DNA of 64,000 nucleotides from an uncultured Gemmatimonadaceae bacterium (GTDB taxonomy: Bacteria > Gemmatimonadota > Gemmatimonadetes > Gemmatimonadales > Gemmatimonadaceae), in the NCBI GenBank assembly GCA_963740355.1, contig CAVUDW010000002.1:1728001-1792000 (forward strand). The letters are read 5' to 3'. The position numbers and the translations under genes were made by a program. The notes beneath the pieces were generated by a model that saw only the letters and a program-made list of their open reading frames with translations, was not told where the DNA came from and searched no databases. Positions within the stretch are counted from its first letter, which is position 1; each line of letters starts with the position of its first letter. Below, piece after piece: positions 53,611 to 64,000 of the stretch.

Positions 53611-54825
53611 ATGCCCGATCGCCCAGCCCCTGCGCCGATTGCCGCTTCGACCACCATCTCACGTCGGGACGCGTTGCAGCGGGTGGCCGCCGGGATGATC
53701 CTCGCCCCGGCTATCCTCCGTGGTCGCTACCGGCTCGATCCGCGAGGCACCACGGAGTATTCTGCCCGGGCGATCAAGCTGGTGCAGGAGTCGGTGGTGG
53801 TGGACCTCCTGAACCAGTTCCGGTTCGCCGATTTCAGCGAGACGCCGCCAAGGAGCACCCTCTGGCTCTCGAAGCCGCGCTCCATGACGGCTGCAGACTT
53901 CGAGACGTATCGCACGTCGGGATACAACGTCATCGCATTGGGACACGGCCCGGCGGATTACGCCGCGGGCATCCGATTCTTCGCCGACTGGAATGGCCTG
54001 ATCGCCGAGTATCCCGACTGGTTCATGCGGATCGACGATGCCAACGATTTCGCGGCAGTGAAGCGGGCAGGGAAGGTGGGGATCATGATCACCTTCCAGA
54101 ACTCCGATCATTTCCGCACGGTGGATGATGTCGACACCTTTTTCGGGCTCGGCCAGCGCCTGTCGCAGCTCACGTACAACTACCAGAATCGGCTCGGCTC
54201 CGGCTTCCTCGAGACGAACGATGGTGGCCTGACGGTGTTCGGCGGTGAGATCGTGGCGCGGATGAACAGGGTCGGCATGGCTGTCGACCTCTCGCACTGC
54301 GGCGACAAGACCACGCTCGACACACTCGATGCCGCGAAACGGCCGGTGGTCTTTTCGCACGCCAGTTGTCGCGCACTGGTGCCGGGGCACCTGCGCTGCA
54401 AGACCGATGAGATGATCGTGAAGATGGCGAAGAGTGGCGGCGTGATGGGTGTGCCGTTCCTGCGCATGATGGTGCGGGAGTCCGAGCCGGTGACGGTCGA
54501 GCATGTGATCGACCACTTCGACCACGTGGTCAAGCTGGTGGGCATCGAGCACGTGGCGGTCGGCAGCGACATGGACGTGGTCGGCAATCCGAATCCGGTG
54601 GGTGGCGCCACGTTGAGCGTCCCGCCGACGCCGAACTTCGATCGCTATCGCATGCACTTCGATGCCAAGGGGGAACGGATGCTGACCGTGGCCGGCCTCG
54701 ATCATCCGAAGCGGATGTTCGACGTCGCAGAGGGATTGATCCGGCGCAGGTACAGCGATGCTGACATCACGGCCATTCTCGGCGGCAATGCGCAGCGAGT
54801 GTTGACCGCAATCTGGAAGGGTTGA
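53611..54825 (+). CDS. Membrane dipeptidase (peptidase M19) family, Tat-like N-terminus
   Basis: SRRDAL; QLTYN, GLTVFG, VDLSH, FSHA, VGSD and ILGGN. Confidence 0.85.
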   Translation: MPDRPAPAPIAASTTISRRDALQRVAAGMILAPAILRGRYRLDPRGTTEYSARAIKLVQESVVVDLLNQFRFADFSETPPRSTLWLSKPRSMTAADFETYRTSGYNVIALGHGPADYAAGIRFFADWNGLIAEYPDWFMRIDDANDFAAVKRAGKVGIMITFQNSDHFRTVDDVDTFFGLGQRLSQLTYNYQNRLGSGFLETNDGGLTVFGGEIVARMNRVGMAVDLSHCGDKTTLDTLDAAKRPVVFSHASCRALVPGHLRCKTDEMIVKMAKSGGVMGVPFLRMMVRESEPVTVEHVIDHFDHVVKLVGIEHVAVGSDMDVVGNPNPVGGATLSVPPTPNFDRYRMHFDAKGERMLTVAGLDHPKRMFDVAEGLIRRRYSDADITAILGGNAQRVLTAIWKG

Positions 54826-56130
54826 GTGGAGCCCGTCGGCCTGATATCCGCAGGCGACGGTCGCGCAGCGCTCGAGGAACGGGCGTACCGTCGCGTCACA
54901 CTGCGGCTGGTGCCATTCCTGCTCCTGTGCTACGTGGTGGCGTATCTCGATCGTGTGAACGTGGGTTTTGCGAAGCTGCAGATGCTGAAGGACCTGCAGA
55001 TGAGCGAGACGGCATACGGCATCGGCGCCGGGATCTTCTTCATCGGCTATTTCCTCTTCGAGGTGCCGAGCAACCTGATCCTGCATCGCACCGGCGCGCG
55101 TGTCTGGATTGCGCGGATCATGATCACCTGGGGCCTGCTGTCGGCGGCGACGATGTTCGTCACCAGCGCCTACGCCTTCTATGGCGTGCGATTCCTGCTT
55201 GGCATCGCCGAGGCAGGGTTCTTCCCGGGGATCATCTTCTACCTCACGCAGTGGTATCCCTCATCACGGCGCGGCCGCATCATGGCGTTGTTCATGACGG
55301 CGGTGGCGATCTCCGGCGTGATTGGTGGACCGGTCTCGGGATGGATCCTTGGCGCGATGGCGGGCGTCAACGGCTGGGCCGGATGGCAGTGGTTGTTCTT
55401 GCTGGAGGGTATTCCATCACTGCTGATGGGCATCGCGGTGTATTTCTACCTTGATGATTCGATCGCCACGGCGCGCTGGTTGCCGCAGGACGAACGCGAA
55501 CTGCTGACGGACAACCTGCGACAGGAGGCGGCTGGCGAGGAGCATGCCAGCGTACTGGTGACACTGCGCAATCCGCGTGTATTGCTGCTGGCTGCCTTGT
55601 ATTTCTGCATCGTCATGGGGTTGTACGGCATCGCGTTCTGGCTGCCGCAATTGATTCGCACAATGGGTGTGGAGGACGCCGGACGCGTCGGGTTGCTGAG
55701 CGCGATTCCGTACGGCGTCGCGGCCGTGGTGATGGTCGCAGTCGGCCGGAGTTCGGATCGCCGACGCGAGCGCCGGTGGCACCTGGCGGCCGGAGCCTAC
55801 GCCGGTGCCGCTGGGTTGATCGTGGCCGGCCTCTTCAGCACCTCACTCCTGATCGGCCTGTCAGCGATGTGTGTGGCAACGGCAGGGGTACTGGCCGCCG
55901 CGCCGCTGTTCTGGACGCTGCCGACAGCATCACTGCGTGGTGCCTCGGCGGCGGCGGGCATTGCGGTCATCAACTCGGTCGGCAACCTCGCAGGATTCCT
56001 GAGCCCATACCTGATCGGACTCGCACGTGATCTCACGGGACAGGCGACGGTTGGACTGTACGCGATTGCGGCCTTCATGTTCGTCGGAGGCCTGCTTGCG
56101 TTCCCCGCCACGAGGCCACGCTCCGGATGA
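54826..56130 (+). CDS. MFS transporter (ACS/tartrate-type)
   Basis: YLDRVNVGFAK, FEVPSN, AEAGFFPG, GWQWLFLLEG and INSVGNLAGF. Confidence 0.92.
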   Translation: MEPVGLISAGDGRAALEERAYRRVTLRLVPFLLLCYVVAYLDRVNVGFAKLQMLKDLQMSETAYGIGAGIFFIGYFLFEVPSNLILHRTGARVWIARIMITWGLLSAATMFVTSAYAFYGVRFLLGIAEAGFFPGIIFYLTQWYPSSRRGRIMALFMTAVAISGVIGGPVSGWILGAMAGVNGWAGWQWLFLLEGIPSLLMGIAVYFYLDDSIATARWLPQDERELLTDNLRQEAAGEEHASVLVTLRNPRVLLLAALYFCIVMGLYGIAFWLPQLIRTMGVEDAGRVGLLSAIPYGVAAVVMVAVGRSSDRRRERRWHLAAGAYAGAAGLIVAGLFSTSLLIGLSAMCVATAGVLAAAPLFWTLPTASLRGASAAAGIAVINSVGNLAGFLSPYLIGLARDLTGQATVGLYAIAAFMFVGGLLAFPATRPRSG

Positions 56131-56194
56131 GGAAGCTTTAGTGTATGTCGTTGGCATGAAATGAGTTAGCGTTAGCTAATACCCTTCGATCTTC

Positions 56195-56222
56195 TCAAGC
56201 GTCAGGCACGTTTTGCCGAAAC
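56195..56222 (+). promoter_or_regulatory. Candidate sigma28 (FliA-type) promoter
   Basis: TCAAG-N15-GCCGAAAC upstream of the porin-MCP pair. Confidence 0.45.
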
Positions 56223-56287
56223 TTCAGTGGCAGACGGGCGCGCACGACTGCCGCAGCCCACTGTGTTTATTCTCGCGAAGATTCAGC

Positions 56288-57784
56288 GTGTCCTCATTCA
56301 AGTTCGATGCGGTGCAGGGAATGCTCTGCGTGACGCTCCTCGTGCCAACGCTCCTGCAGGCGCAATCCGGAACGCCGGTGGTGACAGGGCGAACAGCTGT
56401 CTCTGACACTGCGCAGAAGCCGGTCGCGAAGCCCAGTGTCGTCGCGGCGCCAAAGCCGGTCGCAAAGGTGGAGTACAAGAATCTGCGATTCGACGAGGTG
56501 TACGCGCGCAACGCAGCCTCGTCACACTGGGATGATCGGATCAAGGCGATCCCGATCGCACCACACGTTGCGCTGACGATCGGCGGGCAGGTGCGCGCGC
56601 GGCAGGAATTTGCGCGCTCCTTCAATCTTGCCCCGGTCAGCGATGACTACACGCTCTCGCGCACCTTGCTCAATGCCGAGCTGCTGGCCGGTGATCAGCG
56701 GCGGTTGCACGGGCGCCTCTTTGGTGAGTTCCGCGACGCGCAGGCTTTCAGTCGCGACCTCCCTGGCGGTACGCGGCCGCAGGATGGTGATCGCAGCGAC
56801 GTGCAGAACCTCTTCGGTGAGCTCGCGTTCGATAAGTCGTACCTGCGAGTTGGGCGTCAGGAGGCAGTGACGGGGCGCGAGCGCCTGATCGGCGTGCCGG
56901 ATTGGTCGAACACGCGCCGTGCATTCCAGGGCGTCCGCGCGATGCTGGTGTCGCGTCAAGTTTCATTCGATGCACTCGGTGCGCGCCCGGTCGTCGTTCG
57001 CCAGACCGCGCCGAACATCGCGGACTCCGTGACGCGTTTCATCGCGCTGACGCTGGGCAACGCACCGGGGGCGAAGGCGCTGGCTCGCGGCCTGCCTGCC
57101 ACGTGGCAGACCTACTGGACCGAGCAGCGCATCACCACTGCCACGCCCACCCGTCGCATCACGTCGGGTGGGCGTGTCGCGTGGACAGTTGCTGGCGCCT
57201 CCAAGACATCGCAGAGCTTCGGCCTCGAGTCGGAAGGGGCGGTGCAACGCGGCTCGGTTGGTGCGCGCGCCATCCATGCGTGGTTCTGGACGGTCGAAGG
57301 CTCCACGCAGTGGCGCCGTGTGCGTGGCAAGCCAAGCATTGCGCTTGGACTCGAGGAAGCAAGTGGCGACAGGAACGCGGCTGATTCACGGGTCGAGTCG
57401 TTCAACGCGCTGTACGCGGCCGCGCATGCGCACGGCGGCTATGCCGATGTGTTCGGCCGCGCGAATGCCCGCGAACTGCACGTCATTTCGAGTTGGGAAC
57501 CCATCAAGCCCGTGAGCCTCCGCGCATCGTGGCATCGCTACGATCGCCTGCGACTGGACGACGGCATCTACAACAAGCAGAACACGTTGCTGCGTGCAGC
57601 CTCTGCATCAACGGAACGTCATGCCGGTGACGAAGTCGATCTCACCGGCACCTACAGCCTCACGCGGCACCTGAAGGTGATCTTCGGTCATGCGTGGGTG
57701 GAGCCCGGTGCCTTCCTGCGCGAGACGCCAGGTGGTGCAACCGCCGAACGCTGGGGCTTTCTCGGCACAACGTTCACGTTCTGA
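56288..57784 (+). CDS. Alginate export (AlgE-like) outer-membrane beta-barrel protein
   Basis: Signal peptide; LRFDE, RVGRQE, RLIGVPDWSN, GDEVDL; C-terminal Phe; start uncertain (56288 GTG or 56321 ATG). Confidence 0.75.
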   Translation: MSSFKFDAVQGMLCVTLLVPTLLQAQSGTPVVTGRTAVSDTAQKPVAKPSVVAAPKPVAKVEYKNLRFDEVYARNAASSHWDDRIKAIPIAPHVALTIGGQVRARQEFARSFNLAPVSDDYTLSRTLLNAELLAGDQRRLHGRLFGEFRDAQAFSRDLPGGTRPQDGDRSDVQNLFGELAFDKSYLRVGRQEAVTGRERLIGVPDWSNTRRAFQGVRAMLVSRQVSFDALGARPVVVRQTAPNIADSVTRFIALTLGNAPGAKALARGLPATWQTYWTEQRITTATPTRRITSGGRVAWTVAGASKTSQSFGLESEGAVQRGSVGARAIHAWFWTVEGSTQWRRVRGKPSIALGLEEASGDRNAADSRVESFNALYAAAHAHGGYADVFGRANARELHVISSWEPIKPVSLRASWHRYDRLRLDDGIYNKQNTLLRAASASTERHAGDEVDLTGTYSLTRHLKVIFGHAWVEPGAFLRETPGGATAERWGFLGTTFTF

Positions 57785-57811
57785 TCGTTTCTCACCCGCT
57801 CTTCACAAGCC

Positions 57812-59857
57812 ATGATTCGAAAGTATTCAGTCGGCGCTCGCCTGATCGGCAGCTTCGCCTTGCTGCTCACGCTGATGCTCGCCATCGGCGGCATCGCGAC
57901 CCTGCGCGTGCGCGCACTCCGCACGGCGATGGAGGTCGTGACACGTGACGTCGCGGCCCGCGCCTCCGCCGCGCACGGCCTGATCGATGCAGTGAATGAG
58001 GCGGCGCGTGCCAAGCTGACGTTGTTCGCTGCCACGTCTCCCGAGCTGATCGCGCAGAGCACCGACGAGGTGGCCGCAGCGCGCAAGTCGATCAACACCT
58101 CGTACGCGCGTCTCGACACGCTGCTCGGGGACTCGACACGCGTGGATACCGCGGCCCAGACGCGTCTGGCCGCGATCAAGGAGCTCCGCAAGGTGCACGC
58201 GGCTGCATTCGATTCGGCTGCGGCGGCGCGCAAGCGCGGTGACATCGCGGCCGCGGAACGTGACCTGCAGCAGCATGTACTGCCGAGCCTGCGCGAGTAT
58301 GTGTCGGCGATCCAGGCCTTGGTGGCGCTGGAGGACGATAGCATGAAGGCGCAGGCGGCGCTGGTGGACGCGCAGGCCAGTCGCGGCCTGTTGTTGATCG
58401 CGATCCTGCTCGCTGCCGCGGTATTGCTCGGGGTGCTGGTGGCGCGCGCGATCTTCTTCAGCATCACGCGGCCGCTCGCCGAGCTCACGGCTGCGGCTGA
58501 GCGGCTCTCGGTAGGCGATTGCGAGATCAACCTGGCCGTCGATGGCGCGCGAGACGAGGTGGCCACACTGAGCGCGGCCATTCAACGCATTGCAGCGGCC
58601 GATCATGCGCTGGCGAACGTGGCGCAGCGCCTGTCAGACGGCGACGTGTCGGTGGCCGTGTCGGTACGCGGCGATCGAGACGTGCTGGGTGCGGCCATGC
58701 AGACGTTGAAGCAGACCCTGATGGCGCTCGAAGGTGTGATGGTCGATGCCACCAAGGCGGCCCGCGATGGTCGTCTGGCCGAGCGTGCCGACGACACACA
58801 GTTCTCTGGCGCATTCGGGGAACTGGTCCGTGGCATGAACGCGACGGTGAATGCACTCCTCGAGCCGGTGGCGGCCGCCCGGGAGACGTTGGCGCAGCTC
58901 GCCGCACGCAACCTGGCGGCGCGTATGCCGGATGGCTTCGCTGGCGATCACGCGGTGCTGGCGAACTCGCTCAACGCCGCCGCCGGTGAGCTGGACAAGA
59001 CACTGGCCAACGTGGCGTCGGCCGCGCAGCAGGTGAATGCCGCCTCGGTGCAGATCGCGGACGGCAGCCAGGCCCTCGCGCGTGGGGCAACCGAGCAGGC
59101 CGGGTCACTCGAGGAGGTGTCAGCGCAGCTCAGCGAGCTGGGGTCGTCGACGCGGCTGAATGCCAGCAACGCCGACGAGGCCGCATCGCTGATCGTTGCG
59201 GCGCAGCAGAGCTCGAGCACTGGCGTGCTCACCATGGAGCAGCTCTCCGCCGCCATCCTGCGGATCAAGCAGACCAGTGACGCAACGGCGAAGATCGTGC
59301 GCACCATCGATGAAATCGCGTTCCAGACCAACCTGCTCGCGCTCAATGCGGCCGTCGAGGCCGCGCGTGCCGGCGATTCTGGTCGAGGCTTTGCCGTGGT
59401 GGCCGAGGAGGTGCGATCACTGGCACTGCGTAGCGCGGAGGCGGCGAAGCAGACGTCGGCGTTGATCGACGAATCGGTGTCGAGCACGAATGACGGCGTC
59501 GCGCTCAATGGCGTGGTGCTGGAACGACTGGCTGACATCGACACACGTGTCGCGCGCGCCAGCACGGTGATTGCCGAGATTGCGCGGGCCAGCGTCGAGC
59601 AGCGCGATGGCATCGAGCAGATCGGTCAGGCCGTCGAATTGATGAACGGCGTCACGCAGCAGGTGGCGGCCAATGCCGAGGAGTCGGCCAGTGCCGCCGA
59701 GGAACTCGCCAGCCAGGCCACGATGCTCTCGGCGCTGGTCGACGAGTTCCAGCTGACGGTAGAGGCACCGGTGCATGGGTATCCGGCGGGCCGACCACCG
59801 CGCCGGCCCCGTGCCGTGCGAACGGCTGGCGGACGCGCGACTGCCGCGTTCGTGTGA
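57812..59857 (+). CDS. Methyl-accepting chemotaxis protein
   Basis: TM - four-helix sensor - TM, HAMP domains, [32 protein letters not shown]. Confidence 0.96.
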   Translation: MIRKYSVGARLIGSFALLLTLMLAIGGIATLRVRALRTAMEVVTRDVAARASAAHGLIDAVNEAARAKLTLFAATSPELIAQSTDEVAAARKSINTSYARLDTLLGDSTRVDTAAQTRLAAIKELRKVHAAAFDSAAAARKRGDIAAAERDLQQHVLPSLREYVSAIQALVALEDDSMKAQAALVDAQASRGLLLIAILLAAAVLLGVLVARAIFFSITRPLAELTAAAERLSVGDCEINLAVDGARDEVATLSAAIQRIAAADHALANVAQRLSDGDVSVAVSVRGDRDVLGAAMQTLKQTLMALEGVMVDATKAARDGRLAERADDTQFSGAFGELVRGMNATVNALLEPVAAARETLAQLAARNLAARMPDGFAGDHAVLANSLNAAAGELDKTLANVASAAQQVNAASVQIADGSQALARGATEQAGSLEEVSAQLSELGSSTRLNASNADEAASLIVAAQQSSSTGVLTMEQLSAAILRIKQTSDATAKIVRTIDEIAFQTNLLALNAAVEAARAGDSGRGFAVVAEEVRSLALRSAEAAKQTSALIDESVSSTNDGVALNGVVLERLADIDTRVARASTVIAEIARASVEQRDGIEQIGQAVELMNGVTQQVAANAEESASAAEELASQATMLSALVDEFQLTVEAPVHGYPAGRPPRRPRAVRTAGGRATAAFV

Positions 59858-59886
59858 GGCTCCGAAGGCTCGAGCCCTGATGGAAG

Positions 59887-59934
59887 CATGGAAGCCCCGA
59901 TCGCTTCGTACATCACGCGGTCGGGGCTTCCATG
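59887..59934. terminator. Probable bidirectional terminator
   Basis: CATGGAAGCCCCGATCGC..GCGGTCGGGGCTTCCATG between convergent genes. Confidence 0.7.
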
Positions 59935-59991
59935 TTCTGCGGGCTGCGCGCATCAACACTGTGCGCAGCCCGCGTCGATTACCAGGTCAAC

Positions 59992-61383
59992 TTACGGGTT
60001 GCGGTCAGTGCAACCGGTGTAGGCCGTGTTGTTGCGCTCGGCGAACGACGGCGTGAGTGTCACGTCCGAGCCGTACGTGCCACCCTTGAAGTAGGCGCCC
60101 GTCGGCCAGACCGTCGCCGCGGTGCGACCGTACTGACGCTGCAGGCGACGCAGGTCGCCAACACGGGTGGCCGTGAGGTAGAACCAGAACGCGCGCTCGC
60201 GGAAGGTGAGCGAGACACGGGCATCGGCTGTCCCTGGATCCACCAGCGGCGGCAGCACGAGGGCTGAGGCGCTGATGTTCCGCAACGTGCGCACGGTTGC
60301 GTCGCTCCGTGCTTCGTTCAGCTTGGCGAGCCAGGTCACTGGATCACCAGCCTGCAACGCCGCTTCGGCTTCGATCATCCGCGCAGTGACACCGCTGACA
60401 AGTGTGCTCGGTGCACCACCGTTCGCGTAGCCGAGGATCGTGTACACCGGCGTCGAACCATCCTGACCGAGACGCGTGGTCGTGGAGGTCTGCACGCGCG
60501 GATCGAGGGCAGTGCGGAAGTTCAATCCATTGCCACCTTCCTGATCCGACGGGCCGAAGTTGGCCGTATTCACCATCCAGTCGAACACCGTGTTGACCAG
60601 CGTGGTCTGCGAGAACTCCACGGCGTACTGCCAGCTCGTCGGGACGGCGATCGAGCCTGCACCGTCGCCACCTGCTGCGACGGTGGCCCCTGCGGCCGCG
60701 TACCGCGCCAGGTTCAGCTGCGCACGGGCCTTCGCCACGCGTGCCAGGTAGCGGAAGTTCTGGTCCGCTGCCGTCGTGCCCAGCACTGTCAGCGCGCTGT
60801 CAGCCTGCACGATCGCACGCTCGAACATCTGCGTGGTCGTGAACAGCGTCGCCGCCTCCGGGGCCGCATCGTCAACCGACGAAATCGGCACACCGTTGCA
60901 GAACAGTTCACCGGCGATGCTGAGCGTGATGCCCTGCAACGCGTAGAGCTGGCCGATCTGCTGGCTGCGGGTGGCGCTGGCGGGCACGAACTCGTTCAAG
61001 GCACGCACGGCGCGGATGTTCTGCGTGTACGTGTCTGAGAACTTGTTCCATGCCGCGGCGGGGAAGGTGTTCTCGTTGAACGCGCGCTGATCGATGTGAT
61101 CGGCGCCCGGTCGGGCATTGATCAACTCGTCGCTCAGCAGGCCGACATAGATGTTGATGCCGACGTTGGTCGTGCCGCCGAAGAACTGTGCGAAGTCGCG
61201 CAGTGCACCGGCCCGGATCGCGGCCGCGCCGTTGGGGCTGGCGGCATCGATCGGTCGGATCTGGTCGGGTGTCTCGACAGCCAGCAACTCGGTACGGGAG
61301 CAGGCTGCCACACCGAGCGCGAGGCTCGCTGCGACCAGCACCGCCCGGCGCGCGGATCGCGGCGGATGGAATGTTGCACGCAT
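59992..61383 (-). CDS. SusD/RagB-like outer-membrane lipoprotein
   Basis: VAAC lipobox; MIEAEAAL..LNEAR, ERAFWFY..RVGDLRR; immediately downstream of the SusC-like gene. Confidence 0.85.
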   Translation of the reverse strand: MRATFHPPRSARRAVLVAASLALGVAACSRTELLAVETPDQIRPIDAASPNGAAAIRAGALRDFAQFFGGTTNVGINIYVGLLSDELINARPGADHIDQRAFNENTFPAAAWNKFSDTYTQNIRAVRALNEFVPASATRSQQIGQLYALQGITLSIAGELFCNGVPISSVDDAAPEAATLFTTTQMFERAIVQADSALTVLGTTAADQNFRYLARVAKARAQLNLARYAAAGATVAAGGDGAGSIAVPTSWQYAVEFSQTTLVNTVFDWMVNTANFGPSDQEGGNGLNFRTALDPRVQTSTTTRLGQDGSTPVYTILGYANGGAPSTLVSGVTARMIEAEAALQAGDPVTWLAKLNEARSDATVRTLRNISASALVLPPLVDPGTADARVSLTFRERAFWFYLTATRVGDLRRLQRQYGRTAATVWPTGAYFKGGTYGSDVTLTPSFAERNNTAYTGCTDRNP

Positions 61384-61386
61384 GTG

Positions 61387-64000
61387 TTAGTACCCCAGGT
61401 TGACGCGCAGCGTCCAGTAACGGAGCAGCGGCGAGGAGAAGAAGTCGTTGTTGCCACCGCCGGTATTGGCGACGCTGCCGTTGGTCTCGGGATCGATGCC
61501 CGGATACTTGCTCCAGAGCAGGCCGATGTTGCGACCGACGACGGCCACCGTGGCGTTGCGGGACTTGATCTTCGAGGCGATCCAGGTCGGCATCGTGTAC
61601 GACACCGAGATCTCCCGGAAGCGAATGAAGTCGTTCTTCGTGAAGTAGCCCCAGACGCTGTTGCCGAGCAGCGCGCTGCCCGACGTCACGGCCGCGGCCT
61701 GATCGGCCAGTGGAGCAGTCGGATCGTTCACGGCGCGGCAGTTGCCCGAGATGCAGCGCTGGTTCTCGAAGCCCCACTGGTTGTAGTAGCCACCGCGATA
61801 GTCGATCAGCGCGCTGACCTGCAGCAGGTTGTTGAAGAAGCCCAACGTGTTCGACCAGCCGGCTTCCTTCGTCGGCAGCGTCGGGCCACGGTATTCGGCC
61901 GTGTCGCCAACGATGATCTCGCCTTCGGTGAGGATGCCGTCGCCGTTCGCGTCATTGTAGCTCTTGATCGGACGCGCCCAGAGGCCGAAGGTCGGATACC
62001 CGACCACGTTGCGGGCACCCTGCGTCACGGCCAGCTGCGCCGCGCCGGCATCGACCAGCTTGTTGGCGATGCGCGAACCGTTGATGCGCGTCGTCCACGT
62101 CAGGTACTTCCGGTCCAGCACCTTCCAGTCGATCGAGAGCTCGACGCCGGCGTTCTGCACGGCGGCGATGTTCTGCCACTGACTGGCGCCGGCGCCAAAG
62201 CTCGGCGGCAGCGGGTTCTGGAACAGCGCATCCTTCGACAGCTTGCGGAAATACGTCGCTTCCACGTTGGCGCGGCTGTTGAGCAGGCCGAAGTCGAAGC
62301 CGATTTCCGTCTCCGTCGTGACTTCCGGACGGAGGTCGCTATTGCCGATGGCGCCGAGACGCAGCGCACCGACCTCAGTGCCACCGAGCGGCACGGTGTT
62401 GGCGGTGAGGAACTGCAGGGCGGCAATGGTGCCCGGCTGCACGCCAGCCTGGCCCCAGGCGGCGCGGAAACGCAGGTTGCTGATCGCGTCGACCTGCGGG
62501 AACCACGACTCCTCGCTGACGACATACGACACGGCGGCACGCGGATAGATCGTGTTGCCCGCGTTGCGGCCGAAGGCGCTGTTCTGGTCGGTGCGTACGC
62601 TGCCCGTGAGATAGAGCCGCTCGCGCCAGCTCAGATCTTCCTGCAGGTACGCGCCGTACGTGGCATTCTCGGACGTGAACTCGCTCGACGTGCGGATGGA
62701 GGCGGAGTTCGGCGTCTGTGCACCCGGCGGCAGCGTGTAACCCTGCACGACGGTCTCGTACTGTGTGTCCTTGAACCACTGCGCACCGATGCTGGTCTTG
62801 GAGCTGATCACTGGTGTGAGCGTGAAGCTGGCCGTCGAGCCAAGGTCGACCGAGTAGCGCGAGAAGGCGCTGCGCGTGGCGTCCTTGCCACCCGTGCGGC
62901 CCGGAGGACCCCAGCCGGTGTTGGTGCCTTCGTTGGCGCGCGAGAAGCGATACGAATAGCCCTGCACCTGGTCGAGTCCGACCACCGCGCGACCCGTCAG
63001 CCACTCGAGCGGCTTCCAGTTCAGCTGCGTCGAGCCGGTGAAGCGCTGGTCACGGCGCGACTGCTCGACGGAGAGGATGTCACCCGTGAACTGCGCCGAG
63101 TTGCCGTTGAAGGCGGTCCGGAAGCCCGGCGCGAAGAACGTCTGGAACGACAGGCCGGCGAAGAAGCCGCCATCGAAGGGGCTCAGCAACGAGCGATCGA
63201 TGTAGCCCGTCGAGACGGCGAGATCGGCCTTCTTGCCGAGCGGGAACGTGAAGTTGCCACGCAGCGAGGTCTGCTCGAGCTGGTTCGGCTTGATCTGCTC
63301 ATCCGTCGGGCGTGAACCGCGCGACAGCGTGAGGCGATCGATTTCCGCCTGCGGCATCTGGTACGGGCCGGTTTCGTTGGTGCGCTCAACCGAGAAGAAG
63401 TACTTCAGGTTGTCGTTGCCACCGGAGACGTTCACGCCGACCTGCGAACGTGGCTGCGTCTTGAACGGTGTGGTCTCCGCGTTCATAAGCGGATTGAACG
63501 TCGTCAAGGAATCGCGCACGCAGCGACCCAGTGACTGGTCGCTGATGCGGCAGAGCACCGCAGCCGTGCCAGGCGTGCCGGCAACCACGTTGCGGCCCCA
63601 GGCGCGATAGTTATCGAAGAACTGCGCCGGCTGGCTGACCTGGCCGAACTCGAAGCTCGTATTCCAGCGCGGTGCGCCCGACTTGCCGCGCTTGGTCTTG
63701 ATCACCAGCACGCCGTTTGCGGCCGCGGTGCCGTAGAGCGCCGAGGCCGACGGGCCCTTGAGGATGTCGACCGACTCGATCTCCTCGGGATTGATGCCGC
63801 TGAAGTTGTTGATGCGCTGCGTCGAGTAGTTGCCTGAGGCGGGCGAGTTGTCGATACGCACACCATCGATGATGATCAGCGGTTCGTTCGAGAGCGACAG
63901 GGAGCTGGTGCCGCGAATGCGGATCGAGGACGAGGTGCCGGTCTGGCCTGCGCCCTGCACGATCTGTACGCCGGCAATGCGGCCCTGCAGCAACTCGTTG
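61387..64000 (-). CDS. SusC/RagA-like TonB-dependent receptor (5' end outside the window)
   Basis: IRIRGTSS, EPLIIIDGV and NPEEIESVDILKGPSASALYGTAAANGVLVIKTKRG plug motifs; beta-barrel; C-terminal aromatic residue. Confidence 0.93.
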   Translation of the reverse strand, partial: NELLQGRIAGVQIVQGAGQTGTSSSIRIRGTSSLSLSNEPLIIIDGVRIDNSPASGNYSTQRINNFSGINPEEIESVDILKGPSASALYGTAAANGVLVIKTKRGKSGAPRWNTSFEFGQVSQPAQFFDNYRAWGRNVVAGTPGTAAVLCRISDQSLGRCVRDSLTTFNPLMNAETTPFKTQPRSQVGVNVSGGNDNLKYFFSVERTNETGPYQMPQAEIDRLTLSRGSRPTDEQIKPNQLEQTSLRGNFTFPLGKKADLAVSTGYIDRSLLSPFDGGFFAGLSFQTFFAPGFRTAFNGNSAQFTGDILSVEQSRRDQRFTGSTQLNWKPLEWLTGRAVVGLDQVQGYSYRFSRANEGTNTGWGPPGRTGGKDATRSAFSRYSVDLGSTASFTLTPVISSKTSIGAQWFKDTQYETVVQGYTLPPGAQTPNSASIRTSSEFTSENATYGAYLQEDLSWRERLYLTGSVRTDQNSAFGRNAGNTIYPRAAVSYVVSEESWFPQVDAISNLRFRAAWGQAGVQPGTIAALQFLTANTVPLGGTEVGALRLGAIGNSDLRPEVTTETEIGFDFGLLNSRANVEATYFRKLSKDALFQNPLPPSFGAGASQWQNIAAVQNAGVELSIDWKVLDRKYLTWTTRINGSRIANKLVDAGAAQLAVTQGARNVVGYPTFGLWARPIKSYNDANGDGILTEGEIIVGDTAEYRGPTLPTKEAGWSNTLGFFNNLLQVSALIDYRGGYYNQWGFENQRCISGNCRAVNDPTAPLADQAAAVTSGSALLGNSVWGYFTKNDFIRFREISVSYTMPTWIASKIKSRNATVAVVGRNIGLLWSKYPGIDPETNGSVANTGGGNNDFFSSPLLRYWTLRVNLGY

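Noticed and set aside
56151..56216. Sigma54 promoter or c-di-GMP riboswitch upstream of the porin
   Set aside because: The GG-N10-GC spacing is not met, and no GEMM consensus is visible.
61096..63315. 739-aa plus-strand ORF and similar long antisense ORFs (e.g. 3659-5257, 9114-10700, 14573-16216, 53659-55086)
   Set aside because: They lie opposite well-supported genes, as expected from stop-codon scarcity in high-GC DNA.
59992..64000. SusC/SusD pair outside Bacteroidota as a novelty
   Set aside because: Such pairs are already known in Gemmatimonadota and related lineages.

Overview
High-GC bacterial chromosomal window. The gene content (SusC/SusD pair in high-GC DNA, many exported hydrolases) suggests a Gemmatimonadota-like organism; this is inference, not a database result. 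1-24 kb is mostly core: prs, tRNA-Gln, ispE, pdxJ, mce, trxA, rsmI, a four-gene envelope cluster (DUF4159, DUF4175-like, TPR, exported GATase-like), a JAB-DinG helicase, an aminotransferase, a LexA-like repressor, gltX and tRNA-Ser(GCT). Between the two tRNA-Ser genes (24-42 kb) lie accessory enzyme genes separated by repeat-rich, palindromic intergenic DNA. This includes two inverted 70-72 bp tandem arrays bracketing a Vgb-lyase-like gene, a ~420 bp nested fold-back element, and a compositionally foreign membrane protein + ABC transporter pair. 42-64 kb holds gltB, small enzymes, a PAS-GGDEF-EAL protein, a dipeptidase-MFS pair, a porin-MCP pair with a sigma28-like promoter, and a SusD/SusC pair (SusC runs off the window). 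No CRISPR array, integrase or transposase was seen. Most notable: a LexA homologue lacking its whole autocleavage apparatus, a His-less HPt protein, and the repeat-bracketed cassette.
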